64,000 nt of DNA, from positions 39,159 through 103,158 of IMG/VR virus record IMGVR_UViG_3300030095_006840. One strand, given 5' to 3'. Below are positions 1 through 10,094 of the stretch, piece by piece. Under the pieces are notes generated by a model. It saw only the letters and a list, made by a program, of their open reading frames with translations, did not search any database and was not told where the DNA came from. Source of the stretch: a virus. Lineage: Duplodnaviria > Caudoviricetes. The number at the start of each line of letters is the position of its first letter. The first letter of the stretch is position 1. A program made the translations under genes and the position numbers.

Positions 1-2
1 AA

Positions 3-1361
3 GGATCAATCCGAGATCGTATACAGACAGAAAAAAAATTAAGCTCCCTACTAGAAGACTATAAAGGACGCAAATGTCAGGTCTACTTACTGCACGGAGA
101 TATGTCGGAAAGTGAAATAACATCCCTCTATCAACATCCAAAAGTTAAAGCATTTGTCAGCTTAACTCACGGTGAAGGTTTCGGTTTGCCGTTATATGAA
201 GCAGCATATAATGGTCTTCCGATTCTTGCTCCTGATTGGGGTGGTCATATTGATTTCTTGTATATGAAAACAAAAGATAAAAAAGGTAAGATTAAAAATA
301 AACCGATGTTTTCAACAGTTTCCTATGATATTAAGCCAGTTCAAGAAGAGGCTGTGTGGGACGGAATCATTCAAAAAGATTCTATGTGGTGCTTTCCCAA
401 AGAATGGCATTATAAAAAGACCCTAAAAACTGTTATTAAAAACTATAACACTTTAAAATCACAAGCTAAGAAACTTCAAAAATACTTAATTAGCGAATAT
501 GGTGGTGAAACACAATACAAGAAGATGGCAGAATCTGTTTTAGGTGAAACCATTACAACTATTGATGCGTCAACACTACCTAAAGTATCTATTATCACCT
601 CTGTTTATGATGGTGATGAGTATATTGAGCAATTTCTAGAAAATATCACATCTCAAACTATCTTTAAAGATAAATGTGAGTTGCTGCTTATTGATGCAAA
701 TTCCCCAGGTAATGAGGAAAAGGTTATTCAAAAGTATATCAAAAAGTTCCCAGACAACATTATCTATAAAAAACTTGATGAAGATCCTGGTATTTATGGA
801 GTTTGGAACATTGGTGTAGAACTGGCGACAGGAGAATACTTGACAAATGCTAATTTAGATGATCGTAAGAGTGGTGATTCTCTAGAGAGACATGCAGCAG
901 CACTTATGATGGCGGAAGATGTTGATTTGGTATACTCTGATATGTTGATTACCGAATTACCAAACGATACTTGGAACAATTCTTCCAAACCACGTCAAAA
1001 ATATAATATGGCAGAATTTTCTTTTGATAATTTATTAAGAGGAAATATGCCACATGCGGCCCCTATGTGGCGCAAATCAATGCATGACAAGTATGGAACT
1101 TTTGACGCCTCTTATAAATCAGCAGGCGACTGGGAAATGTGGTTGCGTTCAGCATCACAAGGGTCACAATTTAAAAAAATAAATGTTGTTACAAATCTTT
1201 ATTATTTTAATCCCAAAGGTATTTCTACTAATCCTGAAAACTTTGCCTGGAAAAGAGAAGAGGAAAAATCTGTATTTAAAAAGTATAAGAAAATTCATTC
1301 TGAGTTGCAAAAATCACAAAAAGAAGAGCCCCTTCGTAATGCTGGTGGCTTAGTGTTATGA
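3..1361 (+). CDS. Glycosyltransferase fusion (GT4/GT-B C-terminal part + GT2/GT-A domain), 5'-truncated by window edge
   Basis: Frame is open from base 3 (…KCQVYLLHGDM). GT4 motif HGEGFGLPLYEAAYNGLPILAPDWGGH, then GT2 signature PKVSIITSVYD…LLIDANS…NANLDDR…SAGDWEMWLR. Confidence 0.85.
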   Translation, partial: GSIRDRIQTEKKLSSLLEDYKGRKCQVYLLHGDMSESEITSLYQHPKVKAFVSLTHGEGFGLPLYEAAYNGLPILAPDWGGHIDFLYMKTKDKKGKIKNKPMFSTVSYDIKPVQEEAVWDGIIQKDSMWCFPKEWHYKKTLKTVIKNYNTLKSQAKKLQKYLISEYGGETQYKKMAESVLGETITTIDASTLPKVSIITSVYDGDEYIEQFLENITSQTIFKDKCELLLIDANSPGNEEKVIQKYIKKFPDNIIYKKLDEDPGIYGVWNIGVELATGEYLTNANLDDRKSGDSLERHAAALMMAEDVDLVYSDMLITELPNDTWNNSSKPRQKYNMAEFSFDNLLRGNMPHAAPMWRKSMHDKYGTFDASYKSAGDWEMWLRSASQGSQFKKINVVTNLYYFNPKGISTNPENFAWKREEEKSVFKKYKKIHSELQKSQKEEPLRNAGGLVL

Positions 1362-2185
1362 TTTTACCCGTCGCTTCGGTTGTCACTGAAAAAACCCTGA
1401 AAGAGTTTGAACTTTTAAAGTATTCTATTGAACTTTTTCACGAGTGTGATTGGTCGATTTCATGCGACAAACATGTTTACGACAGACTGGATAAGATTGC
1501 AAACGTCACATGTTTGCAACTTATTGAAACAGATGATTGTGATCACAACATTCAGGATGCAATAAAACAACAAAATTGGATGAAAGTTATGATGACCAAG
1601 TTTGACGCTGTTGAGTTGCACCTAAATAAACACAAACATTGTTTATTTCTCGATTCGGACATGCTGTTTGTGGGTCCGATTCAAGAAGAGTTTTTAGAGC
1701 TTTTTTTAAATTCAAATGTAGATGCAACTATCTCCCAGCATATGACAAATAATTGGCCAGTTGAAGCAAAGCACGGTCTTTTTAACGCTGGCATGTTTCA
1801 CATTCGGAGTAAAGATTTTTTAAACAGTTGGAAAGCTTTATCCAAAGACTATAAAAAGTATAATTTTTACTTTGAACAACAACCATTAGAATTTGTTCAG
1901 AGAAATTTCGTGTCGGTAAATTTTCCTATTAACTACAATATTGGTTGGTGGAGGTTTAACACCTCACAAACCCGTTCAAGGTTAAACAGTTTACACCTCA
2001 AAGATGATAAGGTTTACTTTGGAAATCGCCCAGCCGTTAATTTCCATGTTCATACTGTTAGGGAGTTAGAATATGAAAATTTTGGACAATTTTTGGTAGA
2101 CAAAGTAATGGAAATGTTTAAAAACTCCCAAAACAAAGATTATGAGTTGATAAGTAAAAAATATCAGGAGTTGAAAGGTGGATAA
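1358..2185 (+). CDS. Putative glycosyltransferase (GT-A, GT8/GT77-like)
   Basis: KFDAV…CLFLDSDMLF (DxD), FNAGMF, EQQPL, NYNIG motifs. ATGA overlap with the previous gene. Confidence 0.65.
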   Translation: MILPVASVVTEKTLKEFELLKYSIELFHECDWSISCDKHVYDRLDKIANVTCLQLIETDDCDHNIQDAIKQQNWMKVMMTKFDAVELHLNKHKHCLFLDSDMLFVGPIQEEFLELFLNSNVDATISQHMTNNWPVEAKHGLFNAGMFHIRSKDFLNSWKALSKDYKKYNFYFEQQPLEFVQRNFVSVNFPINYNIGWWRFNTSQTRSRLNSLHLKDDKVYFGNRPAVNFHVHTVRELEYENFGQFLVDKVMEMFKNSQNKDYELISKKYQELKGG

Positions 2186-3098
2186 TTGGGCACTAATAAC
2201 AACATACAAAATCGTTGATCCTCCTGAAACTCATTTTAGATTTATGGAGACATTCGTAAATTTTTATGAAAAAAAATGGAATGTAACCAAAACCATCTTA
2301 TTGGTGGGTATAGCAACAGAAGTTGTTACTGATATGGGTGCAAATAAAATCCTTTCTCGGGTTTATGATATGAACGAGGGTAAGGTTAGTGGCCCCTATC
2401 GTATAGGGGTTGTAAATTGTCCCGATTTCTGCAAAAATCTGACCTACTATGAAGGTTTAAAAACAGATATACTTTTTTATGATACAAATTTTTCCACTTC
2501 ACACGACGAATGGAATCAGATTAAAGACGTGTTATTTCAAGTTTGTGACAACGTACTGGATCCTCGATATAATAAGGTGATCAATATCGACAATGATGAG
2601 TTTTTATGTATGCCCTCGTGGAAGAAACCTGTCGAGAGGATGGGATTTCATTTTTTAGAATTTGTTCCTCCCAAAATTGAAGAGGAATTTTCATGGGATA
2701 AAGATATGACTTGGTGCGAGAAAGGTTGGTATTACACTGGAGCTTCTCGTGGAAAAAATAAAGTATCACATGGAATTTGTAAAAAATACAAGTTTGACAG
2801 ATATAACGGGGCAATGGGAGTTTCCTGTATCCATACTGGACAGACGGAAACATCCCCAGCATGTATGAATTTTGACCCCAAAAATATTCACAAAGATAAT
2901 ATATGCTTTCATCTTGGAGTTTTAGACTACGAACATTACTACAAAGGTAAAGCAACTAATCATGATGGAAATCAAATGGGTGAAAAACACGAAGAAGCTT
3001 TGAAATCCGCGAAAGATAATTATATCAATTTTTACTCAAATCCACATAGCAATTTCAAACTCATAACTGATAATTATATAAAAAAGTATAAAATATAA
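2178..3098 (+). CDS. Putative glycosyltransferase (GT-A-like)
   Basis: VINIDNDEFL DxDE motif and C-terminal CFHLG; located in the glycan cluster. Confidence 0.45.
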   Translation: MDNWALITTYKIVDPPETHFRFMETFVNFYEKKWNVTKTILLVGIATEVVTDMGANKILSRVYDMNEGKVSGPYRIGVVNCPDFCKNLTYYEGLKTDILFYDTNFSTSHDEWNQIKDVLFQVCDNVLDPRYNKVINIDNDEFLCMPSWKKPVERMGFHFLEFVPPKIEEEFSWDKDMTWCEKGWYYTGASRGKNKVSHGICKKYKFDRYNGAMGVSCIHTGQTETSPACMNFDPKNIHKDNICFHLGVLDYEHYYKGKATNHDGNQMGEKHEEALKSAKDNYINFYSNPHSNFKLITDNYIKKYKI

Positions 3099-3109
3099 AA
3101 GGAGAAAGT

Positions 3110-3724
3110 ATGGAATTTTTAGGAACCGATTATGGCGGCTGGCTATTGAATTTAGATTTGGTCCCACAAAACTCAACAATTATATCAGCAGGTATTGGTG
3201 AAGATATAAGTTTCGATCTTGAACTCATCCGGCGCAAAAACTGTCAAGTTGTTGGTGTAGATCCAACATTAAAAAGCCATAAATTTATTGAAGCACAATC
3301 CGATTTAGTCAATTTTAGTTTGTTAAAAAAAGCACTCGATAAGAATGAAGATGATGTTGTTTTTATGTATGAGAATACTAATCCCAATTACGTTTCAGAG
3401 TCTATATTGCCAACCCATCATTCAGTAGGAAAAAATTATTATTGTGCAGAAACAATAACCTTACCAGAAATCTTTAAACAATATGAAAACATTTCAGTAG
3501 TAAAGATGGACATCGAAGGTTCGGAGTATGATGTTTTAGAAAACTTAATTTTTATACCAGATTCTGTGAAACAAATGTGCATAGAATTTCATCATTTTTG
3601 CACCGAATATGATTTGGAAGATTCTCAAAAAATCCTTGAACATCTTAAAAATCTTGGATTTAATCAAATTTATAGCAATAAGCCAAACTCGATTGAGGAA
3701 GTAACACTGGTGAGGAATAGATGA
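3110..3724 (+). CDS. FkbM-family SAM methyltransferase
   Basis: LGTDYGGW, ISAGIGEDISFD, GVDPT, VKMDIEGSEY, QMCIEFH. AGGAG RBS upstream. Confidence 0.85.
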   Translation: MEFLGTDYGGWLLNLDLVPQNSTIISAGIGEDISFDLELIRRKNCQVVGVDPTLKSHKFIEAQSDLVNFSLLKKALDKNEDDVVFMYENTNPNYVSESILPTHHSVGKNYYCAETITLPEIFKQYENISVVKMDIEGSEYDVLENLIFIPDSVKQMCIEFHHFCTEYDLEDSQKILEHLKNLGFNQIYSNKPNSIEEVTLVRNR

Positions 3725-4560
3725 ACGTATTCTTTTTTCATTCTGGAAACCAGGCATATTTAGAAACTGCTGTAAAACACGCATCTTATAAAAATAATGT
3801 TATTCTAATTGGGGATAAAACCAATTCTCATCTAGGAAATATACCCAAAGTTCAACACATTGAATTAGATAATTGTCGGAATGATGTAGACAGATTTTTG
3901 TCGGCATATAAACACTTACATACAGGTGGGCAAAAATTTGAAGAATGGTGTTTTATTAGGTGGTTTGCAGTAAGAAATGTGGCGAAACAATTGGGGTTGG
4001 AAAGTGTTTTCTATAGCGATTCAGATAATTTAATCTATTCTGACTTAAATGAAGTTTATGAAGAGATCGACAAGCCTGATTTAGCCCTCTCAGTTCCGGC
4101 ATACCAACCACCATATCGCCATGCAGCAACTGGAGAGGTTTCATATTGGAGTTATGATAAATTAAATGAATTTTGTGATTTTATTTTAAACATTTATGAG
4201 GACGAATTTGACTTCTCTCGTCTTTTAGATAAGTGGTCTTATCATGTGGAAAATAAGTTGCCTGGGGGCATTTGTGACATGACTGTTCTGTGGCATTTTT
4301 GTAATGAAAATTCTCCTGAAATTATAACAAAAATCTTACCTAGTGACACCACTTTCGACCATAGTATCAATAATTCTTGCAACCATGAAAATGATGAATA
4401 TTTGATGGAAAATGGGCTTAAAAAAATCGAGTTTATTGATGGCGAGCCATATGGGTTTAATGTATTGCAACAAAAAAAAGTCCGTTTTCACAATTTGCAA
4501 TTCCAAGGAAACACAAAGCATTTGATGGATAATTATGTTAGATATAATAACAGTAAGTGA
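3721..4560 (+). CDS. Putative glycosyltransferase
   Basis: CFIRWF, FYSDSDNLIY (DxD), ICDMT, LQFQG motifs; cluster context. Confidence 0.5.
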   Translation: MNVFFFHSGNQAYLETAVKHASYKNNVILIGDKTNSHLGNIPKVQHIELDNCRNDVDRFLSAYKHLHTGGQKFEEWCFIRWFAVRNVAKQLGLESVFYSDSDNLIYSDLNEVYEEIDKPDLALSVPAYQPPYRHAATGEVSYWSYDKLNEFCDFILNIYEDEFDFSRLLDKWSYHVENKLPGGICDMTVLWHFCNENSPEIITKILPSDTTFDHSINNSCNHENDEYLMENGLKKIEFIDGEPYGFNVLQQKKVRFHNLQFQGNTKHLMDNYVRYNNSK

Positions 4561-5353
4561 TTTTAAGTCGGCATCAGATCCTGTTCGCACCGAGGAAACA
4601 ATTTACAAACAACTTGTTTCAAATAAAAATAAAATTGATTCAATATATTCTTATGCTGCGTTGCCTCTAGCAGAAACAATAAATTCCAGAGGACTTCCAG
4701 CCACGCAAAATTTAATTGACTCAATTTGTGAAAATTATAAAGATAAAAAACTTTTTTTTGTGTGTCAACATATCTTAGTTAGAGCTTTAAATTTTCACAA
4801 CCATCTAGTTTTCACCCCACATGCAACTATTTTAGATTCTTTTATCCCAATTCCCCATTATTCGTGCAATTATGATTTGAATTATGTTAAGCCGTGGGAA
4901 GAAAGAAAGTATTTATTTAGCTTTATGGGTTCGTTTAAAACGCACCAAACCAGATTGAGTGCTTGCGAAAAATTGAAAAATGAACCAGACTGTCTTTTCA
5001 TTGATACAGGTGATTGGCACTTTTATCATGACTCTTCTAAAAAAGCAGAAAACAAGAGAAAATATATTGAGCTTTTGGGCGACACAAAATATAGTCTTTG
5101 TCCGAGAGGCACTGGTCCGTCAACAATTAGAATGTGGGAATCAATGGCAATGGGGTCGTGTCCTGTAATTTTAAGTGATTATCTGAAGTATCCTTTAGAA
5201 TTTGATTTAGATTCCGACTTGTGGACTTCAGTGAAAGAAGATTTTACTCTTAGCGATATAAAAGGTGCATTGCCAGAAGACTATGACAACACAGAATATT
5301 TCAAATATTTTAGCAATGATAAACTTTATGAATCAATTTTGAGCGAAATATAG
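4535..5353 (+). CDS. Exostosin-family (GT47) glycosyltransferase
   Basis: RKYLFSFMGS…KYSLCPRGTGPSTIRMWESMAMGSCPVILSD…LP-type exostosin C-terminal motif. Confidence 0.8.
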   Translation: MLDIITVSDFKSASDPVRTEETIYKQLVSNKNKIDSIYSYAALPLAETINSRGLPATQNLIDSICENYKDKKLFFVCQHILVRALNFHNHLVFTPHATILDSFIPIPHYSCNYDLNYVKPWEERKYLFSFMGSFKTHQTRLSACEKLKNEPDCLFIDTGDWHFYHDSSKKAENKRKYIELLGDTKYSLCPRGTGPSTIRMWESMAMGSCPVILSDYLKYPLEFDLDSDLWTSVKEDFTLSDIKGALPEDYDNTEYFKYFSNDKLYESILSEI

Positions 5354-5384
5354 TGTATAATACATTTTATAACCAGGAAGAAAC

Positions 5385-6728
5385 ATGTGCGGAATCTTAT
5401 TAACTCATAGAAAAAATCAGAACGTAGAAGAGATCGTCAGCCCCCTCCTGACCAATCGCGGACCTGATAATACTTCTTTTGTTGAAAATGGTGATTACTT
5501 GTTTTTACACACACTACTTTCGATGACTGGAGATTTCGTAAAACAACCAATCACTCAAGATGACAACATTTGTATTTTCAATGGAGAGATCTATAATCAT
5601 AAAGATTTCGGAGATTACAGCTCAGATGTTTTTTCCATTTTAGAATCTTACAAACACAACAAGGCACGATTTGCCTCCCATCTGGACGGAGAGTTCGCGA
5701 TTGTATTAGCAGACTTTAAAGAGAAGAAGATAAATTTCTGTACTGATGTGTTTGGAATTAAACCTCTTTACTACTCTGTTGATGACGGACACCTATCAGC
5801 CTGTTCCTATAAAGAGATTTTATACTCTCTAGGTTGCCGAAACATCTTAAAAGCGGAACCTAATAAGGTTTTTACTTTTTGTTTAAATAAAAAACAAATA
5901 ATTAGTGAGCAATCAATACATGATTTTAATTTAAATCAATTTGAAACATCTTATGATAAGTGGTCAGAACTGTTCCTTGAGGCGATAAAAAAGAGGTTTT
6001 TAAACACTCAGCATGACATAATCTTACCATTAAGTAGTGGACATGATAGTGGTGGTATTTCTTGTGCATTGAATATGTTGGGTGTTGATCATTACACCTT
6101 TTCATTTTTAGGAAATGAACACAAACAAATCTTACAACAGCGTTTTGAATTTTCCAAAAATAAAGATAAAATATTTATAAAAGACAACCTTTCAGCGGAA
6201 GAAAAACAAAAAGCCTATAGTCTTCTATATGAGAATAGTGGCCACTTCACCTATGGAAAAGATATTTTAGCACAGAACCAATCACATGATGGGTTTAAAG
6301 ATGCTGGTGCTTTGGGACTAACTATATTATTGTGGAAAATGAAAGAAATGTTTCCCACAATTCGTATTTTAGCTTCCGGCCAGGGCGGGGATGAGGTCAT
6401 GTCTACAATCCAAGGATACGGTTTTGGGGATAAATTCAATCCACCAATATTTCCAGAAGAACTAAACACGGTTTTTCCTTGGAACAATTTTTATTATGGG
6501 GCGCAATCTTCATATTTATCGAAAGAGGAGAGTGTCACCGGAGCTTTTGGTATTGAAGGAAGATTTCCTTTTCTTGATGTTTCACTGGTTCAAAGTTTTT
6601 TAAATTTAGTTCCCGAGTTAAAAAATAAAGAGTTTAAAGCTCCTTTGACTAATTTTATGAAAGAGAATTCTTATCCTGTGTTGGTAGGAGAAAATCCTAA
6701 AGTTTATAAAAGAGGTTTTAATGTCTGA
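5385..6728 (+). CDS. asnB: Asparagine synthetase B-like glutamine amidotransferase (likely sugar amidation)
   Basis: N-terminal MCGI, RGPD, FNGEIYNH, DGEFA, DVFGIKPLYY, LSSGHDSG, SGQGGDE, EGRFPFLD. Confidence 0.85.
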   Translation: MCGILLTHRKNQNVEEIVSPLLTNRGPDNTSFVENGDYLFLHTLLSMTGDFVKQPITQDDNICIFNGEIYNHKDFGDYSSDVFSILESYKHNKARFASHLDGEFAIVLADFKEKKINFCTDVFGIKPLYYSVDDGHLSACSYKEILYSLGCRNILKAEPNKVFTFCLNKKQIISEQSIHDFNLNQFETSYDKWSELFLEAIKKRFLNTQHDIILPLSSGHDSGGISCALNMLGVDHYTFSFLGNEHKQILQQRFEFSKNKDKIFIKDNLSAEEKQKAYSLLYENSGHFTYGKDILAQNQSHDGFKDAGALGLTILLWKMKEMFPTIRILASGQGGDEVMSTIQGYGFGDKFNPPIFPEELNTVFPWNNFYYGAQSSYLSKEESVTGAFGIEGRFPFLDVSLVQSFLNLVPELKNKEFKAPLTNFMKENSYPVLVGENPKVYKRGFNV

Positions 6729-7395
6729 TAGTGTGATAATTTGTGGCTCTAAACCTTATGAGAATTTAAACTTGAACCATATCGTTGACACCTTTGATAC
6801 AATTGTTAGGAATAATATGCTCATAAATACGAATGGTTACGGAAAAAAACCATCGTCAATTCAGGTAATGAACTGTCATGTATATGAGAGATATAATAAT
6901 AAAATAACAGAAGATGAGTGGTGTAGTTTTTACAAAAACGAAAACATTGAGAAAGAACATGTTAAAAATTTCGTTAAATATATAAACCAAGATAATGGAA
7001 CCAATTATGTTTTTTATCAAGACAACAATAGTCTTTTAATGAATGCCATTTTAAACCACTACAAAATACCAGTACAAATGAAGCGTGTATTAAGATGTGG
7101 CATGGGACACGTGGCAGAAGCGTTGAAGTATCAACAAATACCCTTTTTGATTGGTTTTTCACTTCATGAAGAGGACAATATTAAACATTGTTACAGTAAT
7201 AAGGACGAGTTAGACTCCTATCATGATCGAGCCACTGAAGCAGAAATAATTATAGCACTTCATGAGCGAGGTCTGGTCGATGCGTCTTTTTGTGCATTGT
7301 TAGATCAAGAAAATATAAGTTTTGATAAATCACTCTTAAAACCAACTCAAAAGTCTGTTAAAATTCTAAATGAGTTGGGATATAGAATCGAATGA
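6721..7395 (+). CDS. GT29 sialyltransferase-like protein
   Basis: Sialylmotif L-like VIICGS…VDTFDTIVRNN, S-like RCGM…LIGFS, VS-like HDRATE (HxxxxE). Adjacent to KdsA and a CMP-sugar synthetase. Confidence 0.55.
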   Translation: MSDSVIICGSKPYENLNLNHIVDTFDTIVRNNMLINTNGYGKKPSSIQVMNCHVYERYNNKITEDEWCSFYKNENIEKEHVKNFVKYINQDNGTNYVFYQDNNSLLMNAILNHYKIPVQMKRVLRCGMGHVAEALKYQQIPFLIGFSLHEEDNIKHCYSNKDELDSYHDRATEAEIIIALHERGLVDASFCALLDQENISFDKSLLKPTQKSVKILNELGYRIE

Positions 7396-7730
7396 TAGTA
7401 TTTGTAGACATAGATGAAACAATATGCATAAATGATGATGGTGACAAGTCAAAAGCAAGAGATTATGAAAAAGCAAAACCAGTTGAAGCTAATATCCAGG
7501 CAGTCAACAAGCTTTACGATGAAGGTCATCACATAACGTATTGGACTGCTCGCGGCGCTAGAACTGGAATAGACTGGACTGAAGTAACCAGAAAACAATT
7601 AAATAAATGGGGTTGCAAATATAACGATTTAAAACTCGGTAAACCTCACTACGATATTTACATTGATGATAAATCAATCAATACGCGAAGATGGGAGTCG
7701 TTGGATAGATGCTTACCAGAACTGTTATAG
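7392..7730 (+). CDS. HAD-family phosphatase (capsule-biosynthesis type)
   Basis: VDIDETI, WTARG, GKPHYDIYIDDK. Confidence 0.8.
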   Translation: MIVFVDIDETICINDDGDKSKARDYEKAKPVEANIQAVNKLYDEGHHITYWTARGARTGIDWTEVTRKQLNKWGCKYNDLKLGKPHYDIYIDDKSINTRRWESLDRCLPELL

Positions 7731-8575
7731 GAATCCCAGCATCATTTGATGTTGATGGAAATTTAGAAACTAATTCCACTGAAAATTACTTAAAATATCT
7801 TGAAGACAAAGGTGTAAATACTGTTATGACAACAGAAGGCACTTCAACTTTTAACTTATTAACAGAAGACGAAATTCATAGACTAAATGAGAGTGTGGTT
7901 TCAAACTTTTCTGGATTTAAAATAATAGGAGTTCCTAACCTTTCTTTAAGAGGAGTGTTGGAATTTGTTAAGAAAGCAGAAGATTATCTTGATGACAAAT
8001 CCAATCTTATGTTTCTTTACCCTGAAAGGTTTTATAATGAGAAAATAATTGTAGACTTTTTCAAGGAAATAAGAAACCAAACAAACTCAAACATTTATGT
8101 TCATGGTAAAACAATCAGAAATGGAACTGGCGGAACATGGGATTATAATAGCTCAGTTATAAACGAATTGTTTGATAAAAATATCCTTAAAGGTATTAAA
8201 GAGGAGCACCCTAATTTGTTAAAATCTTATGATTTTGTGAGCAAATTAGACAAGAAAATTGATGTTATTGTAGCGGGTGGAAGTATGCGTAGATATGAAT
8301 ATTTGCGTTCTGCTGGTGCTAATAGTTTTCTCTCTGGTGTTGGAAATTTATTTCCAGAAATTGAGCAAGCATATATTGATGGCTACAAGGATGAAGCACT
8401 AGAAGTAGAGAAAAAATTGTTTACAGTTTTTATGAAAAACGGTTGGCACAAATCTCTTAGAAATGGTTTAAAATATTTAAACTTAACATGTTATAATAAT
8501 AGAAAACCTTGGCCCGAAACATCTGAAGAAGAAATGTTAGAAGTAGGGAATGTGATAGAGGAAATTAAAATATGA
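7709..8575 (+). CDS. DapA/NanA-family class I aldolase
   Basis: P…FDVDGNL, TTEGTSTF (variant of GTTGE), KGIKEE Schiff-base Lys, GANSFLSGVGNLFP. Confidence 0.7.
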   Translation: MLTRTVIGIPASFDVDGNLETNSTENYLKYLEDKGVNTVMTTEGTSTFNLLTEDEIHRLNESVVSNFSGFKIIGVPNLSLRGVLEFVKKAEDYLDDKSNLMFLYPERFYNEKIIVDFFKEIRNQTNSNIYVHGKTIRNGTGGTWDYNSSVINELFDKNILKGIKEEHPNLLKSYDFVSKLDKKIDVIVAGGSMRRYEYLRSAGANSFLSGVGNLFPEIEQAYIDGYKDEALEVEKKLFTVFMKNGWHKSLRNGLKYLNLTCYNNRKPWPETSEEEMLEVGNVIEEIKI

Positions 8576-9342
8576 AAAATAAAGTTTGGATACTTGGACC
8601 ATGTGCCATGGAAAGTGAAGAGATGTTTTTACAATCTGCCGAAAGCATCAACAATGTGATGTCAGATACAGACGAATGGTATATGAAAGCTAGTTTCGAC
8701 AAGGCTAATCGAACCTCTTTACATGGTGAAAGAGGAATTGGCTTAAAAGAAGCTGTCCGGATATGGGAAAAGACCAAAGCTAAGTTTCCTCAAATGAAAT
8801 TTATCACTGATGTTCATGAATGTTGGCAAGTAGAACAACTTTCAGAAGTTATTGATGTTATTCAGATTCCTGCGTTTCTCTGTCGCCAAACTGATTTAAT
8901 TGTAGAAAGTGCAAAACATTTCAACAAGATAAATATTAAAAAAGGTCAATGGCTGGGTCCGAACAATCTTGTTAAGTCTGTTGACAAAGTGAAAGAAACT
9001 AACCCCGATTGTGAAGCATGGATTTGTGATCGTGGAACCAACTTTGGTTACAATGATTTATTTGTAAACTTTGGAATTGTGGATGAGCTGAAGCAGCATT
9101 ATGATAGAGTTATTCTTGATTGTACACACTCAATTCAAAGATCAAGAGCAATTTATGGCACCCAAGGCGACAGAAAACTTGCCGAAAGATATTTTATTGC
9201 GGCAGATATTTTTAATTATGATGGTGTATTTGCCGAAGCCCACCCAAACCCTCCTGATGCTGTTTCCGATGGTGATTGCCAACTATTCTTATCCGAGTTA
9301 GAAGGTTTGGTTAAAAAAGCTAAGTCTGTTGGAGAGTTGTAG
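8572..9342 (+). CDS. kdsA: 3-deoxy-8-phosphooctulonate (Kdo8P) synthase
   Basis: GPCAMES, KASFDKANRTS, ITDVH, QIPAFLCRQTDL, NIKKGQ, RGTNFGY, DCTHSIQ, EAHPNP…SDG. Confidence 0.9.
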   Translation: MKNKVWILGPCAMESEEMFLQSAESINNVMSDTDEWYMKASFDKANRTSLHGERGIGLKEAVRIWEKTKAKFPQMKFITDVHECWQVEQLSEVIDVIQIPAFLCRQTDLIVESAKHFNKINIKKGQWLGPNNLVKSVDKVKETNPDCEAWICDRGTNFGYNDLFVNFGIVDELKQHYDRVILDCTHSIQRSRAIYGTQGDRKLAERYFIAADIFNYDGVFAEAHPNPPDAVSDGDCQLFLSELEGLVKKAKSVGEL

Positions 9343-10013
9343 TGAAAAAATTGGCTGTCATTCCGGCTCGCGGTGGTTCAACCAGGCTTAAAGATAAAAA
9401 TATCTATCCATTAGGTGGAAAACCCCTTATTCGATGGACAGCCGAAGCAGTTGTCAATTCTGGGTGTTTTGATAAGATTTTAATCTCAACAGATAGTGAT
9501 AAAATATTCGACACAATAAAAGACTTACCCGTCCAGCGCCATAATCGTCCCCAAGAACATGCAACCGTAAGGGCGACCGCTTTAAATGCGATGATTAATT
9601 TGATGGAATCACAAGAAGAGGAATATGATATTTTTTCATATTTTTTACCGACTTGCCCATTTGTTGATGCTTCTGACATTCGATTGGGGATCGAAAAGTT
9701 AGATAATAAAACAGACGCAGTTGTAAGTATGACAGAAATCCCCGAAACAATCCAGCTCGCTTGTGTTATGAAAAACGATATGGTTGTCCCTATTTTTGAC
9801 AATCTCACATCCGGCCTCACAAATAGCAAGTTTATACAGAAATACCACAAACCCTCTGGTGCATTTTATATGGGTTGGTGGGACAAAATTATACAAAACA
9901 AGAACTTTTTTAAAGGTGATGTAAAAGGTATTATAATTCCAAAAGAGCGTTCGGTGGATATTAACGATATTAGTGATATGGAATATGCTGAGAGCATTTT
10001 AAAAGGGGTGTAG
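9342..10013 (+). CDS. Acylneuraminate/ulosonate cytidylyltransferase (NeuA-type)
   Basis: IPARGGSTRLKDKNI, ISTDS, LPTCPF, GAFY, SVDINDISD. GTG start. Confidence 0.85.
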   Translation: MKKLAVIPARGGSTRLKDKNIYPLGGKPLIRWTAEAVVNSGCFDKILISTDSDKIFDTIKDLPVQRHNRPQEHATVRATALNAMINLMESQEEEYDIFSYFLPTCPFVDASDIRLGIEKLDNKTDAVVSMTEIPETIQLACVMKNDMVVPIFDNLTSGLTNSKFIQKYHKPSGAFYMGWWDKIIQNKNFFKGDVKGIIIPKERSVDINDISDMEYAESILKGV

Positions 10014-10094
10014 TGTCTACTTCCAAGAATCCTCAATCTCACCACCTTCTTCCTCAAAGGATCAGGGGTCAATCTGGGTTGAGACAATAAAGAT

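Noticed and set aside
7709-8575. dapA in lysine biosynthesis
   Set aside because: GTTGE motif is altered and there are no other lysine genes; context is sugar-acid synthesis, so only the family is called.
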